Part shown: piece after piece, positions 38,077-45,767 of the stretch
Layout of the letters: every line of letters begins with the position of its first letter
Position numbering within the stretch: the stretch's first letter is position 1
Assembly (NCBI GenBank): GCA_934162285.1
Contig: CAKPHY010000005.1
Coordinates: 529 to 64,528 of the forward strand
Length of the DNA: 64,000 nt
Source of the DNA: an uncultured Bacilli bacterium
Lineage (GTDB): Bacteria > Bacillota_I > Bacilli_A > RF39 > UBA660
Reading direction: 5' to 3'
Notes under the pieces: generated by a model
The model's input: only the letters and a program-made list of their open reading frames with translations
Told to the model about the DNA's origin: nothing
Databases searched by the model: none
Translations under genes and position numbers: made by a program

Positions 38077-38472
38077 TTATTTCATTTTTTTATTTATTTC
38101 AGCTACATTAACACAAATATTAATTAACATTAATGAAAATTCATAAGCTATTCTTAAAACTAAGTTACCACCTATTAAAGTAGTTAAGAATAATAAGAAA
38201 CTTGTTCCAATTAAGCCAAATGACGCTAATGTTAAATAAATTGCTAAGCAAACATATGTAAATCTTAAAATATAGTCAATTACAAACTTCTTAAAAGTTA
38301 AGAAATCATATAACCATCCTAAGAAACCTTTATATTTCTTTTCATTTTTCTTTGTTAAGAAAAGAACAAAGATTACAATTGTTGCACAGATAGCAATTAC
38401 TAGTGCAATAATTCCCCAAATTCCAGCTGTTGCTAGTCCTGAGAAACTAGTTCCATAATTCATATCGTACAT
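38077..38472 (-). CDS. Integral membrane protein (DUF4282-like)
   Basis: Three or four hydrophobic helices are present. The FLGWLYDFLTFKKFVIDYILRF segment resembles DUF4282. A GGGAG RBS precedes the start. Confidence 0.5.
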   Translation of the reverse strand: MYDMNYGTSFSGLATAGIWGIIALVIAICATIVIFVLFLTKKNEKKYKGFLGWLYDFLTFKKFVIDYILRFTYVCLAIYLTLASFGLIGTSFLLFLTTLIGGNLVLRIAYEFSLMLINICVNVAEINKKMK

Positions 38473-38505
38473 AAAAATTCTCCCTTCAAAGCAATTATAT
38501 CACAA

Positions 38506-38748
38506 TTAAAGAACTTTATCTATATTTTTAGGAATCTTGTCATTAATTACAGCTTTAATAATTTTGTCTTCTTTTTCTTTAGAAACATCACGACCTGTAA
38601 TTGAACTAAGTTCATGAATCACTTCTCTTAAAGTCTTTTCATTTTTCATATCATTTTCTTGGATTTTTTTAGCAAGACTTAAAATTGTATCTTTATTTAC
38701 CTTAGTTTTCTTTTCAACTCTTTTAAAAAAGTTATCACTAAAATTCAT
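38506..38748 (-). CDS. SpoVIF-like small sporulation protein
   Basis: FFKRVEKKTKVNKDTILSLAKKIQENDMKNEKTLREVIHELSSITGRDVSKEKEDKIIKAV resembles B. subtilis SpoVIF as recalled from memory. The ATG at 38748 follows a TAGGAGGT RBS; the track start at 38799 has none. Confidence 0.5.
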   Translation of the reverse strand: MNFSDNFFKRVEKKTKVNKDTILSLAKKIQENDMKNEKTLREVIHELSSITGRDVSKEKEDKIIKAVINDKIPKNIDKVL

Positions 38749-38796
38749 ATGTTTACCTCCTAAAGTATTATATGAATAATAGTTACTTTTTGACAT

Positions 38797-38825
38797 CAAT
38801 AAAAAAGTCAGACTTTTGTCTGACT
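38797..38825 (-). terminator. Terminator of hsp20
   Basis: On the minus strand, AGTCAGAC-aaaa-GTCTGACT is followed by TTTTTTATT. It overlaps the stop codon. Confidence 0.7.
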
Positions 38826-39198
38826 ATTTAATAGTAATAAGTTTTTTAGATGCTTCGTTATCTCTCTTAGGAGCTACAACTGTTAATATACCATCATTGA
38901 AATTAGCTTCTATCTTTTCTTCATCTATATCACCTAAATAAAAGCTACGTTCATATTTTCCATACATTTTTCTTTCACGACGATAGTATTTTTTATGGTT
39001 ATTTTCTTCTTTATTTTTAACAGCAGTAATATTTAAATAGCCCTTATTAAATTCAATTGTAATATCTTTTTTATTAAATCCTGGAACATCTACTTCAAGA
39101 ATAACCTTGCCATCATGTTCATAAATATCACATTTCATCAAATCTTGAGCATCCTCATGATCAAACATATCATCTAAAAATAATCTACTTGGTAACAT
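38824..39198 (-). CDS. Hsp20/alpha-crystallin family small heat-shock protein
   Basis: MKCDIYEHDGKVILEVDVPGFNKKDITIEF...RSFYLGDIDEEKIEANFNDGILTVVAP is the typical ACD pattern. An AAAGGAGG RBS is present. Confidence 0.9.
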   Translation of the reverse strand: MLPSRLFLDDMFDHEDAQDLMKCDIYEHDGKVILEVDVPGFNKKDITIEFNKGYLNITAVKNKEENNHKKYYRRERKMYGKYERSFYLGDIDEEKIEANFNDGILTVVAPKRDNEASKKLITIK

Positions 39199-39242
39199 AT
39201 TAATTCCTCCTTTAATAGTCTTCTTTCAACTATTACGAACTA

Positions 39243-39284
39243 ATTATATTACTTATTCTAGCACTTGTAAATAGGAAGTGCTAA
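39243..39284 (-). promoter_or_regulatory. Sigma-A-type promoter overlapped by a CIRCE-like inverted repeat (putative HrcA operator)
   Basis: The IR TAGCACTT-N9-AAGTGCTA (39259-39283) compares with the CIRCE consensus TTAGCACTC-N9-GAGTGCTAA. On the minus strand, a -35 TTTACA (39266-39271), a 17-nt spacer and a -10 TATAAT (39243-39248) are present. Confidence 0.55.
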
Positions 39285-39305
39285 AATCACATAATTTAAC
39301 ACAAT

Positions 39306-39419
39306 TTAATTTTTTTCTTCAGTTTTATTAATATTACTTACTCTATCTTCTTTGATTGCTCTTACTTCACAGCCACACAATATTAAAATAGCACAACATG
39401 CTATAATTACTTTCTTCAT
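39306..39419 (-). CDS. Possible 37-aa lipoprotein (below the ORF-track size cut-off; own translation)
   Basis: The sequence is MKKVIIACCAILILCGCEVRAIKEDRVSNINKTEEKN. It is preceded by an AGGAGG RBS and has a lipobox-like LCGC. Confidence 0.35.
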   Translation of the reverse strand: MKKVIIACCAILILCGCEVRAIKEDRVSNINKTEEKN

Positions 39420-39491
39420 GGATCCTCCTTATTTTATGCAATGCTATTATAACATAAATGTTTATTAAAAAAAATAGTTTAAATTTATAAA

Positions 39492-39857
39492 CTATTCTAA
39501 TGCATCTTCTTTTTTCTTAAAAATTTGATAAATTACAAATGCTAATATACTTAAAACTAATAAAACAATACCATAAATAGTAAAAATCGAACAAATATTA
39601 GTTATAAATGGTGCAACAAAATTTTGATATTCACTGATTTTATCTTCTAAAAGATACAAAATTAATTCATTACCAAATAATCCTACTGTTAAAAATATTA
39701 AAGAAGTTAACATTGATGGCATATAAAACCAAATAAGCCATTTATATTTATTTTTTCTTACAAATATTAAAATTGCTATAATAATTATTAAAGAAAAAAT
39801 AGTAATCAATAATGTTGATGTTTTTAAAATAGTATTAATTATTTCCTTATATTCCAT
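39492..39857 (-). CDS. Integral membrane protein, unknown
   Basis: The 121-aa product has 3-4 TM segments. A 1-nt overlap links it to the upstream ORF. Confidence 0.5.
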   Translation of the reverse strand: MEYKEIINTILKTSTLLITIFSLIIIIAILIFVRKNKYKWLIWFYMPSMLTSLIFLTVGLFGNELILYLLEDKISEYQNFVAPFITNICSIFTIYGIVLLVLSILAFVIYQIFKKKEDALE

Positions 39858-40357
39858 TATAAATCACCTATTTCTCTTGCTATAACTTCTAATTTCAATT
39901 TTATTTGATAATAGTTTTCATCTAAAAACTTATCAACTTTTTCTTTAGTTAAATCTTCACCTAATAATTCATAATTATTAAAAGCAAAAGTTTTAAGTTC
40001 TTCTTTAGTAGGATAAAAAATATCACATTCTACTTGCATTTTATCTAAAAGAATTGAAGCAATATAACGATTTAGTATTTGTCTAAATTCATTATTTTTA
40101 AGCAATTTATTTAATTTTTCTTCATCAATTCCTACTTCTTTTAAAGCAGAATAAACATTTTTACCTAATTCGGTTTTTTTATCATCTTTTTTTAAAGCTT
40201 GTTCAATATCAATTTTATTTACATCTTTAGCTATAGCATCTATATTAAGAAAACATTTAGCTGTTATAACAATTCCCAAAAAAGCTTCAGCAACAAAAAG
40301 CAAAATTGTTAGAAAAATTATTAATATAAATTTTAATGGTTTAAATATTTTTTTCAT
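39857..40357 (-). CDS. Membrane-anchored protein, unknown
   Basis: An N-terminal TM (LKFILIIFLTILLFVAEAFLGIVI) is followed by a helical K/E-rich domain. A GAAGGTG RBS is present. Confidence 0.5.
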   Translation of the reverse strand: MKKIFKPLKFILIIFLTILLFVAEAFLGIVITAKCFLNIDAIAKDVNKIDIEQALKKDDKKTELGKNVYSALKEVGIDEEKLNKLLKNNEFRQILNRYIASILLDKMQVECDIFYPTKEELKTFAFNNYELLGEDLTKEKVDKFLDENYYQIKLKLEVIAREIGDL

Positions 40358-40418
40358 TTTTTACACCTTCAAATTACAATTTAGATTATACCAAAAATAA
40401 AAGAATATTGCTATTCCT

Positions 40419-41765
40419 TTATTCAAAATGCCAATCATTTTTTAAAAACTCTAAAAGAGTTGATGCTTCCGTTACCGTATCAGGATAAGGTTCCATTACA
40501 TATAATTTACAACATTTGTAAGAATAAGTGTAATCAAAACTATCACTACCATTAAGTGAATATTTTGTTACTTTCCATTGAGGATTATTTATAATTTGAT
40601 TTTTAGCTAATTTTAATATTTCTTTTTCAGGAATATTAGTTTGAAATAAATCTTTAATATTTAAAACTTTTAAATAATCATCAATACTTTTTTTCTCAGA
40701 GAGTTTTTTAACAATTCCTTCAATTATTCTTTGCTGATTTTCGCCTCTCGTACGATCTCCTAAAGCAAAACCTTTTCTTTCTCGGGAAAAGATAAGTGCT
40801 TCTTTTCCATTTAATTTATTAATTCCTTTTTTAAATTCTACATTAGAAGAAATAAAGTCGTAAGCACTTTCAACTTCAATTCCTCCTATTTCATCAATCA
40901 ATTTTTCTAAAGAGTTAAAATTGATTTTTATATAATAATTGATCTTAGTATTTAAAAGGTTTTCTACAGTTTCAATTGAAGTATTAATTCCATATATCCC
41001 TGCATGTGTTAATTTGTCTTTAGCGTTTTTAGAAGGAATTAAAACATAATAATCTCTAGGAATGGATATTAACAATAATTGATTAGTTTTAGTATTAATA
41101 CCAATTATGATATTAACATCGCTCCTACCAGCTTTTTCCAAAGATTCATAATTATCCATACCACTTACATAAATAATCGTTGTATTATTTAAAACATCAT
41201 TTACAACGGGTTTCACTTCTTCTTTAACTACTAAACCATCAATTATAGAATATTTTTTACTATCAATATCAGTATATTGCTCATCTAAAACTAAAGCTCC
41301 ATCTACTTCACCATCATTTAAAGCTTTAATAAGTAAATCAATTTTTTCATAACAAACAGAAGTAATATTAATTTTTAAACTATCTATACCTATTGTATCT
41401 TTAGTATAACCAATTCTTTTATATTCTAGATCATTTAAGTTTTCATATTTATTTTTTAAAACAATAAGTTTGTAATTATCTAAAATATTTTCATTAGATA
41501 CTATACCATTAACAAAACTAAAAAAATTATCACTTGTTTTAGCTACATTATGAATAACAAGAACTAGTAAAATTAATAAAAAATAACTAGGTATAATTAA
41601 AAAGTTTCTTCTTAAAAGTAAAATAAACAAAAATAGAAAAATAAACATAACAATTGCAACAATTATTAATTCTTTAAATTCTAATATTTCTTTTAATTTA
41701 TCAATCAAGATTAATGAAAAAATAATGTAAATTGTTAATAATAAAAATTTAAAAAAGCCTTTCAT
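40419..41765 (-). CDS. LytR-CpsA-Psr (LCP) family cell-envelope phosphotransferase with an N-terminal multi-TM region
   Basis: LLLISIPRDYYV...DKLTHAGIYG...INYYIKINFNSLEKLIDEIGGIEV...LNGKEALIFSRER...GDRTRGENQQ are LCP core motifs. Confidence 0.8.
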   Translation of the reverse strand: MKGFFKFLLLTIYIIFSLILIDKLKEILEFKELIIVAIVMFIFLFLFILLLRRNFLIIPSYFLLILLVLVIHNVAKTSDNFFSFVNGIVSNENILDNYKLIVLKNKYENLNDLEYKRIGYTKDTIGIDSLKINITSVCYEKIDLLIKALNDGEVDGALVLDEQYTDIDSKKYSIIDGLVVKEEVKPVVNDVLNNTTIIYVSGMDNYESLEKAGRSDVNIIIGINTKTNQLLLISIPRDYYVLIPSKNAKDKLTHAGIYGINTSIETVENLLNTKINYYIKINFNSLEKLIDEIGGIEVESAYDFISSNVEFKKGINKLNGKEALIFSRERKGFALGDRTRGENQQRIIEGIVKKLSEKKSIDDYLKVLNIKDLFQTNIPEKEILKLAKNQIINNPQWKVTKYSLNGSDSFDYTYSYKCCKLYVMEPYPDTVTEASTLLEFLKNDWHFE

Positions 41766-41825
41766 ATCATCACCATTTTTATAATAATATATGTGAAAGA
41801 CATTTTTTGTCGATTTACAGACACG

Positions 41826-41893
41826 AAAAAAGAAAAGCCACCATAATGTTACGGGCGTTTATTTTGTGCCTTCTATAACATCATTTGCTTTTC
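41826..41893 (-). terminator. Long irregular hairpin plus U6: a terminator or attenuator in the LCP leader region
   Basis: On the minus strand, GAAAAGC...AUGAUGUUA...UAACAUUAU...GCUUUUC is followed by UUUUUU. The outer 7-bp and inner ~9-bp helices were identified by eye. It lies 60 nt upstream of the LCP start. Confidence 0.4.
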
Positions 41894-42153
41894 TTTGAGA
41901 CTAAGAACCGAATTTAAATAATAATTCTTTATATATTTTCATTAATCATACTTTATCTTAATATATTAATATTTTTTATATTCTAATTTGAATATAATTT
42001 TTAAATATACGTTTTTAATAAAATATAACTAAAGGCATATTATTTACACTTATTTAATAAATATTATTTTAATACAACTATACTTAAGTCTGTATTAAAT
42101 AATCAGATATTAAAGTTATAAATAATAATTTTAAATATATGTTAATTATATTT

Positions 42154-42281
42154 AAAATTTTGGATATGTTTCATACCCCAAGGCTATCTTACCTTACATC
42201 ACGAACATACCAATAACTGATGATGCGAAGTCTTGAGCATCTTTATGCTGTAACTTCAAGAGTACCAGTATCTTACCCTCA
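42154..42281 (-). ncRNA. Candidate small RNA or 5' leader, unclassified
   Basis: This GC-enriched ~125-nt segment starts about 7 nt after a consensus promoter. Internal helices include UCUUG..AGCAU-AAAG-AUGCU-CAAGA and GCAUCA...UGAUGU. It ends with GGGUAUG-AAA-CAUAUCC followed by AAAAUUUU. GGUAAGAUA occurs twice. There is no credible ORF or RBS. Confidence 0.3.
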
Positions 42282-42286
42282 ACTAT

Positions 42287-42315
42287 ATATTATCACGCTT
42301 AAATATTAATGTCAA
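42287..42315 (-). promoter_or_regulatory. Near-consensus sigma-A promoter
   Basis: On the minus strand, TTGACA (42315-42310), an exactly 17-nt spacer and TAATAT (42292-42287) are present. The promoter lies downstream of the secG stop. Confidence 0.6.
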
Positions 42316-42362
42316 TTATTTTTTTTTACATTTGTGTAAAATCCAAAAAAAGGATTCCTGAG

Positions 42363-42575
42363 TTAGAATCCTAATATTAAACATATTGTAAAAAATATTA
42401 TACCTAAAAATAGAGTTAAACGACTTATAAATAATTCGCTACCTCTTTCTTTTCTATTAGCAAATAAGGCATCATTAGCACCAGTCATAGCTCCAGCTGC
42501 ACTTTCTGCTTTACCACTTTGTAATAATACAATGGCAATTAATAAGATTGAAACGATTATCAATAATATTTCCAT
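42363..42575 (-). CDS. secG: Preprotein translocase subunit SecG
   Basis: The 70-aa product has two TM segments with LLQSGKAESAAGAMTGA between them. A GGGAGG RBS is present. Confidence 0.85.
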   Translation of the reverse strand: MEILLIIVSILLIAIVLLQSGKAESAAGAMTGANDALFANRKERGSELFISRLTLFLGIIFFTICLILGF

Positions 42576-42587
42576 GGTAACCTCCCA

Positions 42588-43856
42588 CTATTTTTTTCCT
42601 TTTAAAACAACTACACTATAATTGTTCAAGTCAATTTCTGATACAACAAGATTATACTCTATTTTATTTAGTTTTTCAACATCTAAATAAACAAATTCAT
42701 TTATTTCATCATATTCAATTAATTGATTAACTATTAAAGAATTAATTGAATAAATATTATCACTCATATATACATATGAACTTTTTAGAATTTTTTTATT
42801 TATTTCAAACTCTTTTTGATCAAATTTATATTGTTTTAAAGTTTTCATTATTTCCTTAATTACTTCTTCATAATTATCGGTTTCACCAACTATTAAAAGT
42901 GAACAATAATCATCAGCTTTAAAAACATCAAAACTAATATCACTTGTTATTAAGTTTTTTTGAATTAATTTTTCTTTTAATAAAGAAGTTGAACCTAACA
43001 TTGTTTCTAAATAAAATACTAAATATTTTTGATAATCTTTTACTTTAGTTTTTAAATCTTTAACTTTCATTTTAATGTTGATAGCAAATTTACTTATTTC
43101 AACATTATCAATAATTTCTTCATATTTTTTATAAACTTCATAAGGTTCTTCTTTAGTAATAACTTCTACCTCATGTGCAGTAAATTTCTTTTTGTTTTGA
43201 TTAGCATCAACAATTTTAATTGTTTCTTCAGGATCAATATTACCAGTTATTACTAAATACATATTATTTGGTTGATAAAAAGCATTATAAGTATTCATTA
43301 ATATTTCTTTATTAATTTTTTTAATATCTTTTACTAAACCACCAATAGAATAACGAACGTTATGCTTACTATAAGTATTAAAAAGCGATTTATTATAAAG
43401 TTTTTGACTAGGTTCATCTTCATACATTAATATTTCTTGAGAAATAATTCCTTTTTCTTTTTCAACGTTTTCATCTGTAAAATATGGAGATTCAACATAA
43501 TCAAGGAGAAAATTCAAGGATTTTTTAAAATGATCTGATCCTCCAAATAAATAGTTAGTTTTAACATTATTAGTACTAGCATTACAATCAATACCTAAAG
43601 CTGAAAAATAATCAAAAGGCGTAACACCATCTTCTTGTTCAAAAACTTTATGTTCTAAAAAGTGAGCAGTACCTACTGGTATTTTTATTTGTTCTTGATC
43701 TAATTTATATTCTAGAATATTTGATCCAAACTTCACATTTAAAGTTGCATAAAAACTTTTAACATTTTTATTTGGAGCTAAATAAACTCTTAAACCATTT
43801 TTACATGTATGCTTATAAATGGTAATATCTAACTTTTCATATTTAAGCTTTTTCAT
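42588..43856 (-). CDS. M16 (pitrilysin/insulinase) family zinc peptidase, active-site type
   Basis: The inverted zinc motif HFLEH (HxxEH) lies near the N-terminus, and the ~420-aa size is typical. The gene is paired with an inactive M16 partner. Confidence 0.8.
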   Translation of the reverse strand: MKKLKYEKLDITIYKHTCKNGLRVYLAPNKNVKSFYATLNVKFGSNILEYKLDQEQIKIPVGTAHFLEHKVFEQEDGVTPFDYFSALGIDCNASTNNVKTNYLFGGSDHFKKSLNFLLDYVESPYFTDENVEKEKGIISQEILMYEDEPSQKLYNKSLFNTYSKHNVRYSIGGLVKDIKKINKEILMNTYNAFYQPNNMYLVITGNIDPEETIKIVDANQNKKKFTAHEVEVITKEEPYEVYKKYEEIIDNVEISKFAINIKMKVKDLKTKVKDYQKYLVFYLETMLGSTSLLKEKLIQKNLITSDISFDVFKADDYCSLLIVGETDNYEEVIKEIMKTLKQYKFDQKEFEINKKILKSSYVYMSDNIYSINSLIVNQLIEYDEINEFVYLDVEKLNKIEYNLVVSEIDLNNYSVVVLKGKK

Positions 43857-45060
43857 TTTTAGTCCCTTCTAATAAATAAATTGTATTAATTTTAATTTTT
43901 TTAGCAACTTCAATTACGTCTTTTTTAGTTATTTTTTCAATTTTATTTAATCTTTCTTCTATTGGATCAAAGCCTAAATAAAAAGTTGATTCATGAGAAT
44001 TAATAATAGAATAAGGATTTTCAAGTAATTCTTGATAACTACTTTTGATACTTAAAATAGCATTTTTAATATCACTTTCTTTAAAGTTCCCTTTAGTCAT
44101 TTCTAATACTTGAGCATGTACTAATTTAATTGTTTTATTAAAATTAATTGCATCAATTCCAGCCGTAATCATCATGAATGATCCAGCATACTTAGCTGTT
44201 GCACTAATTGTATAGCAAAGAGATTCTTTTTCACGAACATTTTGAAAAAGCTTAGAATCAGGACCTAAACCTAATATATATAAATAAACTTGTAAAGCAT
44301 AAGTTGCTTCATAAGGAGTTAGGTCATTCATGTTATAACCCATAACTAACTTACTTTGATTAAGATTCTCACGTTCTAGAAATGTTCGATGTTCTCTTTC
44401 ACTGGTTCTATAAATATAATCAATATCAACTAATTTATTATTTGGTAATTTAATAACACTTAAGTCTTTTTTAGTAATATCTCCAAAAGCAAATAAATCA
44501 ACAGCTGATGTTTGAATTAATTCTTGATAAAAACTATATAAATTAGTAGCATTTATTTTATCTAAATCTTCCATATATCCAACAATGCTATATGAATATG
44601 GTGATAAAGGATCCATTAATTCAAGCATTTTTTTCTTAGCATAAGTACTTTTGTTTTCATTATAAGTTTTAATATCATCTATTAATTGATTTTTAGCAAT
44701 TTCAAAACATTTTTCATTAAAAGATTTTTTTTGAACATCAGGATTAAATAATATTTCATTGATAAACTTTAAGGATTCTTTAGTATTATTATCTTCACTA
44801 TATTTATCTTTCAAGAAAGTAAAACGAAAAGATAATATTAAAGCATTTCCGTAGATATTAATATAAGATTCAGGAGTTAGATCATATAACTCTTTAGCTT
44901 TAATTAATAGTTCACGATTAGTCTTATATTTTTTTGATGTTAAAAGTAAAATATACATTATTAAATTTAATTTAGTTATTTCCTCATGATTCATTTTTCT
45001 ACGAAAATTAACTTTAATTATATTTTTTTTGAATACTTTATCTTTAATAATATGAAGCAT
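43843..45060 (-). CDS. M16 family peptidase-like protein lacking HxxEH (non-catalytic partner)
   Basis: The size and the 14-nt overlap with the active M16 gene resemble the ymfF/ymfH-like pairs known in Bacillota. No zinc motif was seen. Confidence 0.6.
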   Translation of the reverse strand: MLHIIKDKVFKKNIIKVNFRRKMNHEEITKLNLIMYILLLTSKKYKTNRELLIKAKELYDLTPESYINIYGNALILSFRFTFLKDKYSEDNNTKESLKFINEILFNPDVQKKSFNEKCFEIAKNQLIDDIKTYNENKSTYAKKKMLELMDPLSPYSYSIVGYMEDLDKINATNLYSFYQELIQTSAVDLFAFGDITKKDLSVIKLPNNKLVDIDYIYRTSEREHRTFLERENLNQSKLVMGYNMNDLTPYEATYALQVYLYILGLGPDSKLFQNVREKESLCYTISATAKYAGSFMMITAGIDAINFNKTIKLVHAQVLEMTKGNFKESDIKNAILSIKSSYQELLENPYSIINSHESTFYLGFDPIEERLNKIEKITKKDVIEVAKKIKINTIYLLEGTKNEKA

Positions 45061-45071
45061 AAATTCCTCCT

Positions 45072-45767
45072 TTAAATTGTTTCTAGTGCTAATTCAATCA
45101 TTTTATTTAAATTCTTTTCTCTTTCTTGTGAACTAGTAGCTTCTTTAGTAACGATATTATCAGATATTGTTAATAAACAAGCAGCTTTTTTATTTAAATA
45201 TCTAGCATTTTCAAATAAGGCAAAGCTTTCCATTTCACAAGCTAAGCAATTATTAGCAAGCATTTCTTCTGGTTTTTCTGTTTCATTATAAAAAGCTTCA
45301 CTAGAACATACTTGGCATTCTTTTAGAGCAATTTGCATGTCTAGAGCAGTTTTTCTTATCTTTTCATTTAAAGATTCATTTGAATATAATATATGATCAT
45401 CAATATTAGCTTGAACTTTAGCATAACTAGATTTTGAATAAGAACTTTTTACTAATAATATATCGTAAAGATTTAAATCAGCAGTATAAGCACCAGCAGT
45501 CCCTACTCTAATAATATTTTCAACATTATAAAATTTATACAACTCATAGGAATAAATTCCCATACTTGGAATTCCCATTCCTGAACCCATTACGGTTACT
45601 CTTTTATTTTTATAAAATCCGGTATAAGCATACATATTACGTACAGAACTAACTAGTTTATAATCAGTTAAATAAGTTTCAGCAATATACTTTGCTCTTA
45701 AAGGATCGCCAGGCATTATTACTGTCTTAGCAATATCTGTTTCTAATGCATTTATGTGTGGTGTCAT
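45072..45767 (-). CDS. deoD: Purine nucleoside phosphorylase, DeoD type
   Basis: MTPHINA...VIMPGDPLRAKYIAE...VMGSGMGIPSMGIYSYEL...RVGTAGA and ACEMES are typical of DeoD. Confidence 0.9.
   Translation of the reverse strand: MTPHINALETDIAKTVIMPGDPLRAKYIAETYLTDYKLVSSVRNMYAYTGFYKNKRVTVMGSGMGIPSMGIYSYELYKFYNVENIIRVGTAGAYTADLNLYDILLVKSSYSKSSYAKVQANIDDHILYSNESLNEKIRKTALDMQIALKECQVCSSEAFYNETEKPEEMLANNCLACEMESFALFENARYLNKKAACLLTISDNIVTKEATSSQEREKNLNKMIELALETI

Noticed and set aside
42154-42281. Assignment of the candidate RNA to a known class (T-box, riboswitches, SRP/4.5S, 6S, tmRNA, RNase P).
   Set aside because: None of the conserved core sequences I can recall for these families is present. It is left unclassified rather than named.
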